From contig JAZAMN010000020.1 of assembly GCA_036229005.1 (NCBI GenBank), forward strand, positions 224,001-288,000: DNA of 64,000 nucleotides. The letters are read 5' to 3'. A program made the position numbers and the translations under genes. The stretch comes from Myxococcota bacterium (lineage in GTDB: Bacteria > Myxococcota_A > UBA796 > CAJQPC01). The notes below the pieces were generated by a model. That model made no database searches and had not been told where the DNA came from. It worked only from the letters and a program-made list of their open reading frames with translations. Of this stretch, positions 46,441 to 56,310 are shown piece after piece (position 1 is the stretch's first letter; each line of letters begins with the position of its first letter).

Positions 46441-48123
46441 TCAGGCAGCCGTGTCCTGGATCAGGTAGCGGTAGCCCTGCTCGGTCAAAAAGAGCTGTCG
46501 CTTCATGGCGAACTCCTGCTCCTTGCTGTCCTTGGTGACCACCGTGTAGAAGAAGGCGCCGTCGCCCTTACCGGGGCGCAGGATGCGACCCAGTCGCTGG
46601 GCCTCCTCCTGGCGGCTGCCGAAGGTCCCCGAGACCTGGATCGCCACGTTGGCGTCGGGGAGGTCGATCGAGAAGTTCGCCACCTTGGAGACCACCAACA
46701 GGTTGATCTCGCCGCTGCGGAACTTCTCGAAGAGCTCGACCCGCTTGCCGTGCGGGGTCTTGCCCGTGATCAGGGGCGCCCGGAACTTGCGGGCGATGGC
46801 CTGGAGCTGGTCGACGTAGGTCCCGATGACCAGGATGTTGTCCTTGCGGTGCTTGTCCACAAGGTCCTTGATCGCCCCCATCTTCTCGCGGTTGACCGAG
46901 GCCTCCTTGAACTGCTGCTGCGCGTTCAGCCGCTCGTAGCGGTGGGCCATCTGGGGCGTGAAGGGCACCCGCACCTCGTAGCAGGTGGCCTCGGCGATGA
47001 AGCCCCCGCTCTCGAGCTGCTGCCAGGGCAGGTCGTAGCGCTTGGGGCCCACCAACGAGAACACGTCGCCCTGCCGCCCATCCTCGCGGATCAGGGTGGC
47101 GGTGAGGCCAAGCCGGCGCCGACCCTGCAGAGCCGCGGTGGCGCCAAAGACCGGCGCGGGCAGCAGGTGGACCTCGTCATAGACGATGAGCCCCCAGTCC
47201 TCGTCCGAGAACAGGTGCAGGTGCTCGAAGTCGGCGTCCTTGGAGCGGCGGAAGGTGAGGATCTGGTAGGTCGCGACGGTGACCGGCCGGATCTCCTTGC
47301 GGCTGCCCATGTAGGCTCCCACCTGCTCGTCGGTGAGCTGGGTCTTGTCCTTGATCTCGTTGACCCACTGCTCCACCGCGGCCGCGTTGGTCGCCAGGAT
47401 GAGGGTCTTGGTCTGGCAGCGCCGCATGGCCTCGATGGCCACGATGGTCTTGCCGGCGCCGCAGGGGAGCACGACGGTGCCGTGGCCACCCTGGGGCTTG
47501 GAGTTCATGAACCAGCGGTCCACGGCCTCGACCTGGTAGGGCCGGGGCGCGAAGGGCTTGCCGTTGCCCAGCATGGTCTCGCGCAGGTCGACCTTGAGGG
47601 GCGCGCCGGGCAGGAAGCCGGCCAGGTCCTCGATGGGCCAGCCGCTCTGCAGCATGCGCTGCTTGAAGATGCCCCGCTGACCGGTGGGGATGGCCCAGTG
47701 CCGCTTGCCGTCGGGGACCATGATCTCCTTGGCGACGGGCTCCTTGCTGGCCATCTTGGCCACGAAGGCGGTCTCGAACTGCACCCGGAGCAGCTCGGCG
47801 GGCTTGTCGGGGTGCGGCACCAGCTTGACCAGGCCGTAGCGGTCGATGGTCTCGGCCGTGCTCTCGCGCACCGCCGGCGGCACGTCGAACTTGGACAGGT
47901 CCCGCAGGCCCTCGATGATCTCCTCTTTGCCCATGCCGGAGCTGGCTGCGTTCCACAGGGACAGGGGGGAGATGCGGTAGGTGTGGAGGTGCTCTGGAGA
48001 GGCCTCGAGCTCTGCGAAGCGCGCGATGAAGTCGCGGGCCTCGGCGTAGCGGGCGTGTTTCGTCTCCAGCAGGACCTTGCCGTCACCTTGAACGATGACG
48101 GGGTTGTCAGGCTTGACGTGCAT
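46441..48123 (-). CDS. XPB/Rad25 (ERCC3)-like DNA repair helicase
   Basis: SPEHLHTYRISPLSLWNA; RPYQ; LPCGAGKT; YDEVH; GLTAT; QEEAQRLGRILRP. Confidence 0.92.
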   Translation of the reverse strand: MHVKPDNPVIVQGDGKVLLETKHARYAEARDFIARFAELEASPEHLHTYRISPLSLWNAASSGMGKEEIIEGLRDLSKFDVPPAVRESTAETIDRYGLVKLVPHPDKPAELLRVQFETAFVAKMASKEPVAKEIMVPDGKRHWAIPTGQRGIFKQRMLQSGWPIEDLAGFLPGAPLKVDLRETMLGNGKPFAPRPYQVEAVDRWFMNSKPQGGHGTVVLPCGAGKTIVAIEAMRRCQTKTLILATNAAAVEQWVNEIKDKTQLTDEQVGAYMGSRKEIRPVTVATYQILTFRRSKDADFEHLHLFSDEDWGLIVYDEVHLLPAPVFGATAALQGRRRLGLTATLIREDGRQGDVFSLVGPKRYDLPWQQLESGGFIAEATCYEVRVPFTPQMAHRYERLNAQQQFKEASVNREKMGAIKDLVDKHRKDNILVIGTYVDQLQAIARKFRAPLITGKTPHGKRVELFEKFRSGEINLLVVSKVANFSIDLPDANVAIQVSGTFGSRQEEAQRLGRILRPGKGDGAFFYTVVTKDSKEQEFAMKRQLFLTEQGYRYLIQDTAA

Positions 48124-48367
48124 GCTTCATACAGCGCGCTCCAGAGTGGTCCACGGGCCTAAGCCCAGCCGGCCACGAGCGTGGTCTGGGTTCATGGGTT
48201 CACCGGCACCCCACGTGCCTGGCAGCCATAAGAAAAGCAGATCGACCCCTGCGATGCGCTTCCCGAGGGACAGCGCGAGGATGCGTCGACGGTCGCAGGT
48301 TGGGACGGGAGCGTCCGGCTTACCTGGACCAATCCAAGGGAACGCAGAGCGATCCCGGGACACCAGA

Positions 48368-48396
48368 GAGATAGGCGGGGTCTGCGGGGGTGTCAA
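48368..48396 (-). promoter_or_regulatory. Putative sigma70 promoter for the XPB operon (TTGACA-17 bp-TATCTC)
   Basis: Perfect -35 on the minus strand at 48391-48396, 17-nt spacer, imperfect -10. Confidence 0.45.
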
Positions 48397-48471
48397 GGGG
48401 AAATCGACATCAGCGCCCCCGCACACCGGGTGAATCCCCCTCCGGAGCCCCCCCCCAAGGGCCCGGGGTCC

Positions 48472-50091
48472 TCAGCCCAGGAAGGGGTAGCGCCAGTCCC
48501 GGGGCGGGTTCAGGTTCTCCTTGACGGTGTGGGGGCTGACCCAGCGCGCCAGGTTGGCCTTGGAGCCCGCCTTGTCGTTGGTGCCGCTGGCCCGCGCGCC
48601 GCCGAAGGGCTGCTGACCGACCACCGCGCCGGTGGGCTTGTCGTTGATGTAGAAGTTGCCGGCGGCGTTGCGCAGGGCCACCAGGGCCTCGTTGATGGCG
48701 TAGCGGTCGCGGGCGAAGATGGCGCCGGTCAGGGCGTAGGGTGAGGTCTGGTCCACGACCTGCAGGATCTCGCTGTACTTGGCGTCGTCGTAGACGTAGG
48801 CGGTCAGGATGGGGCCGAAGATCTCCTCGGCCATCATGCGGTGCCCGGGGTCATCGACCTCCACCAGGGTGGGCTGCACGAACCAGCCGGTGCTGCTGTC
48901 GGCCTGCCCGCCGATGTGCACGGTGCCGGTCTCGTGGGCGTAGCGCAGGTAGTCGCTGTGGCTGTTGAAGGCCTTCTCGTCGATGACCGCGGCCATGAAG
49001 TTGGAGAAGTCCCGCACGTCGCCCATCTTGTACTCGCCGACGATGGCGGTGACGCGGTCCAGGACCTCGTCCCAGAGCGACCGGGGGATGTAGATGCGGG
49101 AGGCGGCCGAGCACTTCTGGCCCTGGTACTCGAAGGCGCCGCGGGCGATGGCCACGGAGAGCGTGACGGGGTCGGCAGAGGGGTGCGCGACGATGAAGTC
49201 CTTGCCGCCGGTCTCGCCCACCAGGCGGGGGTAGCTGCGGTAGTTCTCCAGGTTGTTCGCCACGCTCTTCCACAGGTGCTGGAAGGTCGGGGTGGAGCCG
49301 GTGAAGTGGATGCCCGCCAGCTCGCGGTGGGCCAGCACGGGGTCGCCCACGTCGGCGCCGCGCCCGTGCACCATGTTGATGACGCCGGGGGGCAGGCCGG
49401 CGGCCTCGAAGAGCTCCATCACGTAGTGGGCGGAGTGCGCCTGGGTGCGCGCGGGCTTCCAGACCACCGTGTTGCCCATCAGGGCGGCGGCGGCGGGCAG
49501 GTTGGCGCAGATGGACGTGAAGTTGAAGGGCGTCACCGCGAACACGAAGCCCTCCAGGGGCCGGTAGTCCAGGCGGTTCCACACGCCGGGCGGCGAGACC
49601 GGCGGCTGCTCGGTGTAGAGCTCCTTGGCGAAATCCACGTTGAAGCGGAAGAAGTCCACCAGCTCACACGCCGCGTCGATCTCCGCCTGGTGCACGGTCT
49701 TGCCCTGCCCCAGCATGGTGGAGGCGTTCAGCTTGTCGCGGAAGGGCCCGGCCAGCAGCTCGGCGGCGCGCAGGAACACCGAGGCGCGCTCGGACCAGGG
49801 CGTGGCGGCCCACTCCGCCTTGGCGTCCAGAGAGGCCTGGATGGCCTTGGCCACGGTGTCCTCGCCTGCCAGGTGGGCGTGCCCCAGTACGTGCCCGTGG
49901 TCAGTGGGCATGGTGACATCCAGGGTCTCGGAGGCCGAGATCCGCTCTCCCCCCACGATGGAGTGGAGCTCCAACACCTCGCCGGCCTGCTTGGCCAGCT
50001 CCGCCTCCAGGCTCACGCGCTCGGGGCTGTTGGGTGCGTAGCCCTTGACGGGCTCGTTGCGGGGAGTGGGGGGGTTGAAGATGCCGTCCAT
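48472..50091 (-). CDS. pruA: L-glutamate gamma-semialdehyde (P5C) dehydrogenase
   Basis: NEPV; AEIDAACELVDF; PFNFT; FTGST; GETGGK; EYQGQKCSA; EEIFGP; QQPFGGARASGTNDK. Confidence 0.93.
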   Translation of the reverse strand: MDGIFNPPTPRNEPVKGYAPNSPERVSLEAELAKQAGEVLELHSIVGGERISASETLDVTMPTDHGHVLGHAHLAGEDTVAKAIQASLDAKAEWAATPWSERASVFLRAAELLAGPFRDKLNASTMLGQGKTVHQAEIDAACELVDFFRFNVDFAKELYTEQPPVSPPGVWNRLDYRPLEGFVFAVTPFNFTSICANLPAAAALMGNTVVWKPARTQAHSAHYVMELFEAAGLPPGVINMVHGRGADVGDPVLAHRELAGIHFTGSTPTFQHLWKSVANNLENYRSYPRLVGETGGKDFIVAHPSADPVTLSVAIARGAFEYQGQKCSAASRIYIPRSLWDEVLDRVTAIVGEYKMGDVRDFSNFMAAVIDEKAFNSHSDYLRYAHETGTVHIGGQADSSTGWFVQPTLVEVDDPGHRMMAEEIFGPILTAYVYDDAKYSEILQVVDQTSPYALTGAIFARDRYAINEALVALRNAAGNFYINDKPTGAVVGQQPFGGARASGTNDKAGSKANLARWVSPHTVKENLNPPRDWRYPFLG

Positions 50092-50140
50092 GGAGAGCCT
50101 CCTGCGCCGGGGATTTCGGGAGGAGGGCTGTAGTCGGTGG

Positions 50141-50683
50141 CTACTCGAAGCGCACCCGACAGATCTCCGCGCCCTGGGAGCTGAACTCGACGTGGTCCAT
50201 GGCGCCGGCCAGCTCGACGTCCACCTTCTTGTCCAGGCCGTTGCTCCAAGAGGCCACCTGCTGCCCATTCAGGCTGGAGCTCGCGTGGCTGCACTCCCCC
50301 GAGCAGCCCGTGTTCACGCTCAGGATCGCCTTGGTACACCCCAGGTCGGCCGGGGGGACCAGCACCAGCTTGGCCGGCGACAGGATGGGGCAGTTGCCGG
50401 AAGGATCGCGCAGCACATAGGGCGTGAACTGGGTGCGCTCCCAGCGGCCCTCGACGCCGTCGACCTTGAAGTCCTTGTCGATCGGGACCTTGGAGAGGTC
50501 GATGTCGATGGCGCACGCAGATCCTGGGTCCACCGCCTGGGGCTTGCCCTCCTGACCCACCGCCTCCTGGACCTCTGCGCCCGCGAGCGAGGTCATCGAG
50601 ACGCGGGGCTTGGGGGCGACCGGCTCCGGCGCTGGCGGGGCGGGGGGCTCGGTGGTGCAGGCGAGGACAAAGGCGATGAGCAT
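50141..50683 (-). CDS. Hypothetical Cys-containing lipoprotein
   Basis: MLIAFVLAC; TAGACT 6 nt upstream. Confidence 0.65.
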   Translation of the reverse strand: MLIAFVLACTTEPPAPPAPEPVAPKPRVSMTSLAGAEVQEAVGQEGKPQAVDPGSACAIDIDLSKVPIDKDFKVDGVEGRWERTQFTPYVLRDPSGNCPILSPAKLVLVPPADLGCTKAILSVNTGCSGECSHASSSLNGQQVASWSNGLDKKVDVELAGAMDHVEFSSQGAEICRVRFE

Positions 50684-50729
50684 GCGCCCAGTCTACCCCG
50701 GTGGTTAGCCCGCCACTGGAGGCCTTCTC

Positions 50730-53246
50730 GTGATCCAGCCGGTCCAGGACATCCAGCCCACTGACGGCGCCCGCTTCGGGGGCAAGGCGGTGTCGCTGGG
50801 ACGCCTCGCGCGGCGCGGCCTGCCGGTGCCCCCCGCCCTGGGGCTCCCCGTCGAGGCCTTCCGCGCCTTCCTGCGCCACAACGGCCTCCAGGACCGGGCG
50901 CGCGGCCTGTACCGGCGCCCCGATCCCGACGCCCTGAGCCAGCTCCGCTCGATGATCCGCCACGGGCGCCTGCCCCCCGAGCTGGCCGGACAGCTCCGCC
51001 ACCAGGCCGCCGAGCTGGGGGAGCGCTTGGTGGTCCGCAGCTCCGCGATCGAGGAGGACGGCGCAGAGCACAGCTTCGCCGGTCAGTTCGCCTCGCTGCT
51101 CAACCTGCGGCCGGGCGACCCCGTGGAGGCCGCGGTCAAGGAGTGCTGGGCCAGCCTCTTCTCCCTGCAGGCCGTGGCCTACCGCAAGGCCCGCGGCGTG
51201 CGCGGCGAGCCCGGGATGGGGGTCGTCGTCCAGCGGTTGGTGGACGCCCGCTGCGCCGGGGTGGTGTTCACCATGAACCCCGTCGACGGCAGCTTCGGCG
51301 AGGTCGTGGTCGAGGCCGTCTTCGGTCAGGGCGAGGCCCTGGTCAGCGGCGCGGTGGCCCCGGATCGCTACCTGCTGCGCCGCCCCCGCAAGCTCCCCCG
51401 GGGCCTGGGCCGCGTCTGGAACCGCCTGCGGGTGGTCGAGCTGGAGGCCGACACCATGCCCCAGCCCCGCCGCCTGGCCCCGCTGAACCCCGGCGCCCTG
51501 GACTGGGCCCCCGTGCACACCCCGGACGCCCGCAAGCTCGACCGCAAGGAGGTCCAGCGCCTCGCCCGCCTCGCCCTGCGGGCCGAGCGCCACAGCGGCC
51601 TGCCCCAGGACATCGAGTGGGCCATCGACCAGGAGGGCACCCTGTTCGTCCTCCAGGCCCGCCCCATCACGGCCGCCGGAGAGCCCGAGCGCGGGGACGG
51701 CGTGCTCTGGACCCGCCGCTTCCTGGGGGAGCGCTGGACCAGCCTGGCCACCCCCATGGGCTGGAGCATCACCTCCGAGCTGCTGATGTGGTTCATCGAC
51801 TACCCGGAGACCGCCAGCCGCTACCTGGGCGGCGCCCCCCCGCTGCGCCTGTTGCGCGGCCGCCCCTACGTGAACGTCACCGTGTTCCGGCACCTGGCCT
51901 TCAAGCTGCCCGGCCGGCGCCCCCCCAGCTTCATGATGGACTTCCTGCCCCCCCAGGAGGTCGCCCGCTGGACCCGCCGCTTCGCCTACCCCCCCGACCG
52001 GCGCGTCTACCGCAGCATCTTCTCGACCACCCTGCGCGAGCGGCGCTGGCAGCGCTTCCGCTGGAACCCCCTGAGCAACCACAAGGCCTGGGACGCCTTC
52101 TCCGCGCGCCTGGAGCGGGAGCTGCCGGAGCTGGAGAGCGGACTTGGGGACCTCGCCGTCGCCGACAAGCTCGATCGGATGGACACGCTCATCGAGCTCA
52201 AGAGGGTGTACCTCAAGATCCACGTGGTGAGCCTGCTCTTCGCGAACCTCGCCTACCAGATCATGAAGGACCGGCTGCCCCACGACCTCGCCGACGACCT
52301 GCTCACGGTCCCCAGCGACAACCCCACCGTGGAGACCCACCTGGCCCTCTACGCCCTGGCCACCGGGGCCATGACCCAGGCCAACTTCCTCTCCCGCTTC
52401 GGCCACCGCAGCTCCGAGGGCTCCTGGGAGCTCTTCGCCACCCGCTGGGCCGAGGACCCCAGCCTCCTGGAGCCCCTGCTGGAGCCCTACCGCCGCGGCC
52501 TCCAGAGCGACCCCACCGAGCGCATCGCCCAGCAGCAACGCGCGGTCAAGCAGGCCCTGGCCTCCCTGCGCCAGAGGCTGCCCCTCTCCGAGCGCGCCGT
52601 CGTCCTGAGGGAGGTCGACCTGGCCCGCCGCTACCTCCAGCTCCGGGAGGAGCAGCGCTTCCACTTCGAGCGCCTGATGTGGGCCCTCAAGCGCTGTGTT
52701 CAGGCGCTGGGAGCGGACCTGCTGCCCGATCCCACCTTGGTCCAACACCTGGAGATCGGGGAGCTCCGCGCCCTCGCAGCCGGAGATCGCTCCCCAGACG
52801 AGGCCACCGAGATCGCGACCCGCCGGCTGCGGCAGTGGACCACCTTCGCGGCGCAGCCTCCGCCTCCGACCTTCCTGATCGGGGACCAGGGCGTCGAGCT
52901 CGAGGGGAGCGGCCGCGAGCTCAAGGGCCTGGGCATCAGCGCCGGACGCGCCACGGGGACCGTCCGCGTGATCACCTCGCTGGACCAGGCCGAGCGCCTG
53001 CAGCCCGGGGACATCCTGGTCACCACCGCGACCGATCCCGGGTGGACCCCGCTCTTCCTGGTCGCCAGCGCCGTGGTCATGGAGTTGGGCTCCATGCTCA
53101 GTCATGGCGCGGTCGTCGCCCGCGAGTACCGGCTCCCGGCGGTGGTGAATGTGCCCGACGCGACCCGCGTGCTGCGGGACGGACAGCGGGTGACCGTGGA
53201 CGGCGGTCGCGGGCGCGTGTGGATCGAAGAGGAGCCCGAGGGGTAG
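50730..53246 (+). CDS. PEP-utilising phosphotransferase with RPH-like architecture (ATP-grasp, central domain, His swivel)
   Basis: GGKA; VRSSA.EED..SFAGQF; QDIEWA; LQARPIT; TDPGWTPLF; SHGAVVAREY. Confidence 0.88.
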   Translation: MIQPVQDIQPTDGARFGGKAVSLGRLARRGLPVPPALGLPVEAFRAFLRHNGLQDRARGLYRRPDPDALSQLRSMIRHGRLPPELAGQLRHQAAELGERLVVRSSAIEEDGAEHSFAGQFASLLNLRPGDPVEAAVKECWASLFSLQAVAYRKARGVRGEPGMGVVVQRLVDARCAGVVFTMNPVDGSFGEVVVEAVFGQGEALVSGAVAPDRYLLRRPRKLPRGLGRVWNRLRVVELEADTMPQPRRLAPLNPGALDWAPVHTPDARKLDRKEVQRLARLALRAERHSGLPQDIEWAIDQEGTLFVLQARPITAAGEPERGDGVLWTRRFLGERWTSLATPMGWSITSELLMWFIDYPETASRYLGGAPPLRLLRGRPYVNVTVFRHLAFKLPGRRPPSFMMDFLPPQEVARWTRRFAYPPDRRVYRSIFSTTLRERRWQRFRWNPLSNHKAWDAFSARLERELPELESGLGDLAVADKLDRMDTLIELKRVYLKIHVVSLLFANLAYQIMKDRLPHDLADDLLTVPSDNPTVETHLALYALATGAMTQANFLSRFGHRSSEGSWELFATRWAEDPSLLEPLLEPYRRGLQSDPTERIAQQQRAVKQALASLRQRLPLSERAVVLREVDLARRYLQLREEQRFHFERLMWALKRCVQALGADLLPDPTLVQHLEIGELRALAAGDRSPDEATEIATRRLRQWTTFAAQPPPPTFLIGDQGVELEGSGRELKGLGISAGRATGTVRVITSLDQAERLQPGDILVTTATDPGWTPLFLVASAVVMELGSMLSHGAVVAREYRLPAVVNVPDATRVLRDGQRVTVDGGRGRVWIEEEPEG

Positions 53247-53259
53247 GATCCCCGCGGCG

Positions 53260-56200
53260 ATGGCTCAAGAGTTCACCCCGCGGATCTACGGCAAGTACTA
53301 CCTCATCGACCGCATCGCGGTCGGGGGCATGGCGGAGGTCTACGCCGCGCGCAGCTTCTCCACGGGCGGCTTCGCCAAGACCCTGGTCATCAAGCGCATC
53401 CTGGAGCGCTACTCCGCCGACCCCGCGTTCGTCTCGATGTTCATCGACGAGGCCAAGATCAGCGTGGGCCTCCAGCACGCCAACATCGTGCAGGTCTACG
53501 ACTTCGGCAAGATCAAGGAGAACTACTACCTGGCCATGGAGTGGGTGGACGGCCGGGACCTCAAGCGCCTGTTCCGCCGCCTCTCCCGCAGCCACGAGCT
53601 GATGCCCACGGACTACGCGCTCTACATCGCCCACGAGGCCTGCAAGGCGCTGCACTACGCCCACACCCTGACCAACATCCGCGGCGAGGCCCTGGGCATC
53701 GTCCACCAGGACATCAGCCCCAGCAACGTGGTGGTCTCCTTCAAGGGCGAGGTCAAGGTCGTCGACTTCGGCATCGCCGCCACCCAGTCGCTGTCCAACG
53801 AGGCCAAGGACGGCATCAACTGGGGCAAGGTCCAGTACGTCGCCCCCGAGCGCCTGCGCTCCAAGAAGGCCACCCCCCGCAGCGACCTCTTCTCCCTGGG
53901 CGTCGTGCTCCACGAGATGCTGACGGGCAAGGGCCTCTTCCGCGCCCGTGACCCCAAGACCAGCGCCCGCCGCATCCTGGCCGGCGACTACCCGCCCCCC
54001 AGCGCCTTCAACCCAGAAGTCAGCCCCGAGCTGGACCGCCTCGTGCAGCGCGCGCTCTCCCTGGACCCGGAGGACCGCTTCCTGGACGCCGGGGACATGC
54101 AGGAGGCCCTGTTCGACCAGCTCGAGCAGCGCAACCCGCAGATGCTGCAGCGGGGGCTCGCGGACTACCTCCAGGACCACTTCGGCCAGGAGCGAAAGCT
54201 GCAGCTCGCCCGCCTGGAGAAGGGCTCCCAGGTCGCCCAGGAGTTCCACGAGGCCGTCGGCGAGGTCTTCGACGACGAGCGCCTCGCCGACCGCGGCGCC
54301 ATCCCTCTGGGCCCCGAGCTGCTGGCCGCCCTCGGGCGCACCCAGACCGATCCTACCGATGTCCCCATGGCCCCGGGCGTCGCGCCGGTCATCCCGCCAG
54401 AGGACGACCCCAGCGAGCACGGCCTCTCCGGCCCTGTGCCCACCGGCACCCTCTCCGGCCCCTTGAGCGGCCCCCTCAGCGGCCCCATGACCGGGCCCCA
54501 CGACTCCCTCCCCGGGGACACCGGTCGCTACCGTCCGCCGACGGGCCCCATGCCACCGCGTCCCCAGCGCCCCCGCTCCACCGTGGTGCAGGGCGTGCGC
54601 CCGGAGGACGGCGGCAACCGCAGCGTCATCCTGCTCCCCATGCTGGCCGTGGGGCTCGCGCTGCTGGGCGGCGCCGGGCTGGTCATCTGGGCCCTGAACA
54701 CCCAGGAGCCCCCGCTCCCCAGCGACATCCTCATCGAGGAGATCCGCAGCCGCCACCCCGAGCCGCAGGGCGATGTCCTCGCCCTCACCGACCAGGGCTG
54801 GGAGTCGCTGCGCCAAGGGAGCCTGGAGGGTGACGAGCAGGCCTACGAGCACCTCGAGCTCGCCGTCTCCCTGGACCCGGAGAGCCCCCGCGCGGTCGCT
54901 GGTCTGGCCCTGGCCTACGGGCGCCGGAGTCGGGACCGCCTGGCCCTGGAGGACCGCGCCTGGAAGCTCCTGGGCCGCGCCCGGGACCTGGACCCCAGCC
55001 TGCCCGAGCTGGCCGCCGTGGAGTCGGAGCTCTACTGGATGCGCGGTCAGGAGCGCTCCGCCCTGGACGCCGCCGAGGCCTGCACCCTGCCCCTCTGTGC
55101 GCTGCTCAAGGCCGAGATCTCCGGGGAGGAAGAGGACCTGCGGGCCCTCGAGAACGGCGCAGCAGACGGCCCGAGATTGCAGCGCCTGCTCGCTGTCGAG
55201 GCTCTGTCCACCGGCGAGGTCACCCGGGCTCTGCAGCACCTGGAGGCCAACAAGGATCTGCTCTCCCGCCTGGAGCGAAGCCGCGTGCTCCTCCGAGCCG
55301 GAGACTTCGACGGCGCCCTGTCCGCCATCGAAGCCGAAGCCCAGGAGGGTCAGCGCGACGCCGCCCTGCTCGCCGCCGAGCTGCAGATCCTGCGCGGCCA
55401 GCCCCAGCGCGCCATGCGCCTGCTGACCCCGGTGCTGGAGGACCCCGACCTCAAGCGCCGCGCCATCGCGCCCCAGGCGCTGGTGCTCGCCTCGAACGCC
55501 CAGCTCGACATGGAGGACAGCGGCACCGCCCTGGACTTCGCGCGGCAGGCCAACGCCCTGGAGCCCGACTGGCCCCCCGCGCGCCTGGCCCTCGGCCGCG
55601 CCGCCCTGGCCCAGGACGACCTGGACACCGTCGACCTGGCCCTCAAGGCCCTGGACACCAGCGCGCTCCCCGCCTGGCAGCAGTCCCTGGTCCAGCTCGG
55701 CGTCGCGGAGCTCGCGCGCGCCCTGGAGCGGGACCGCTACGCCTCGCTCTCGCTGGAGCTCGCGCTGGACACCGCGCCTCGCTGGCTGCGCCTGCACCTG
55801 GAGGTCGCGCTCGCCCGCCACGTCCTGGCCGAAGCCGACGGGCTCAAGCCCGCCTGGGCCTACTCCCCCATCGCGCCGCCCTCGGGGCTGATCCCCCTGC
55901 GCCCGGTGCAGATGCCCGAGGACGCGACCCCCATGCAGCGCAGCGCCCTCTGTCTGCTGGACGGCGGCTGCACCGACTGGCGGGAGCTGGAGACGGGAGA
56001 CCTGCACTGGGACGCCCGCCTGGCCCTCAGCAACGGTCAGCCGGAGCGCGCCCTGGAGCTGCTCGGCGACCAGGACACCAGCCTGCTGCACGCCGAGGCG
56101 CTCTCCATGCTCGGGGACCCCGCCGCGGACGTCGCCTGGGGGCTGCTCCCGGACACCCTGGAGACCCACCTGGCGCGCGCCCGATCCGCCCAGGTCTGGG

Positions 56201-56292
56201 GCGAGCACGCCCAGCGCGAGGCCGCCGCACGCGAAGCTCTGCGACTGGATCCGCAGGACCCCGAAGCCCTGCGGCTGCTCCTGAACCCCTGA
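53260..56292 (+). CDS. Membrane Ser/Thr protein kinase with C-terminal TPR region
   Basis: GGMAEVY; VIKR; HQDISPSN; DFG; APE; SDLFSLG; TM segment; TPR-like helices. Confidence 0.92.
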   Translation: MAQEFTPRIYGKYYLIDRIAVGGMAEVYAARSFSTGGFAKTLVIKRILERYSADPAFVSMFIDEAKISVGLQHANIVQVYDFGKIKENYYLAMEWVDGRDLKRLFRRLSRSHELMPTDYALYIAHEACKALHYAHTLTNIRGEALGIVHQDISPSNVVVSFKGEVKVVDFGIAATQSLSNEAKDGINWGKVQYVAPERLRSKKATPRSDLFSLGVVLHEMLTGKGLFRARDPKTSARRILAGDYPPPSAFNPEVSPELDRLVQRALSLDPEDRFLDAGDMQEALFDQLEQRNPQMLQRGLADYLQDHFGQERKLQLARLEKGSQVAQEFHEAVGEVFDDERLADRGAIPLGPELLAALGRTQTDPTDVPMAPGVAPVIPPEDDPSEHGLSGPVPTGTLSGPLSGPLSGPMTGPHDSLPGDTGRYRPPTGPMPPRPQRPRSTVVQGVRPEDGGNRSVILLPMLAVGLALLGGAGLVIWALNTQEPPLPSDILIEEIRSRHPEPQGDVLALTDQGWESLRQGSLEGDEQAYEHLELAVSLDPESPRAVAGLALAYGRRSRDRLALEDRAWKLLGRARDLDPSLPELAAVESELYWMRGQERSALDAAEACTLPLCALLKAEISGEEEDLRALENGAADGPRLQRLLAVEALSTGEVTRALQHLEANKDLLSRLERSRVLLRAGDFDGALSAIEAEAQEGQRDAALLAAELQILRGQPQRAMRLLTPVLEDPDLKRRAIAPQALVLASNAQLDMEDSGTALDFARQANALEPDWPPARLALGRAALAQDDLDTVDLALKALDTSALPAWQQSLVQLGVAELARALERDRYASLSLELALDTAPRWLRLHLEVALARHVLAEADGLKPAWAYSPIAPPSGLIPLRPVQMPEDATPMQRSALCLLDGGCTDWRELETGDLHWDARLALSNGQPERALELLGDQDTSLLHAEALSMLGDPAADVAWGLLPDTLETHLARARSAQVWGEHAQREAAAREALRLDPQDPEALRLLLNP

Positions 56293-56310
56293 AAGTCTTA
56301 TGCTCCCCCC

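Noticed and set aside
43855..48162. 1435-aa plus-strand ORF
   Set aside because: Antisense shadow of XPB and its partner, which carry clear motifs.
48124..48470. 6S, SRP or tRNA gene in this intergenic region, and the small ORFs 48095..48433 and 48127..48426
   Set aside because: No convincing SRP GGAA loop, cloverleaf or 6S features; the ORFs lack motifs and typical codon bias.
50013..53105. 1030-aa minus-strand ORF
   Set aside because: Shadow of the PEP-utilising enzyme.
50730..53246. Calling this gene ppsA or rph
   Set aside because: It lacks the PpsA pyruvate-binding barrel, and rifampin specificity cannot be inferred from the sequence by eye.
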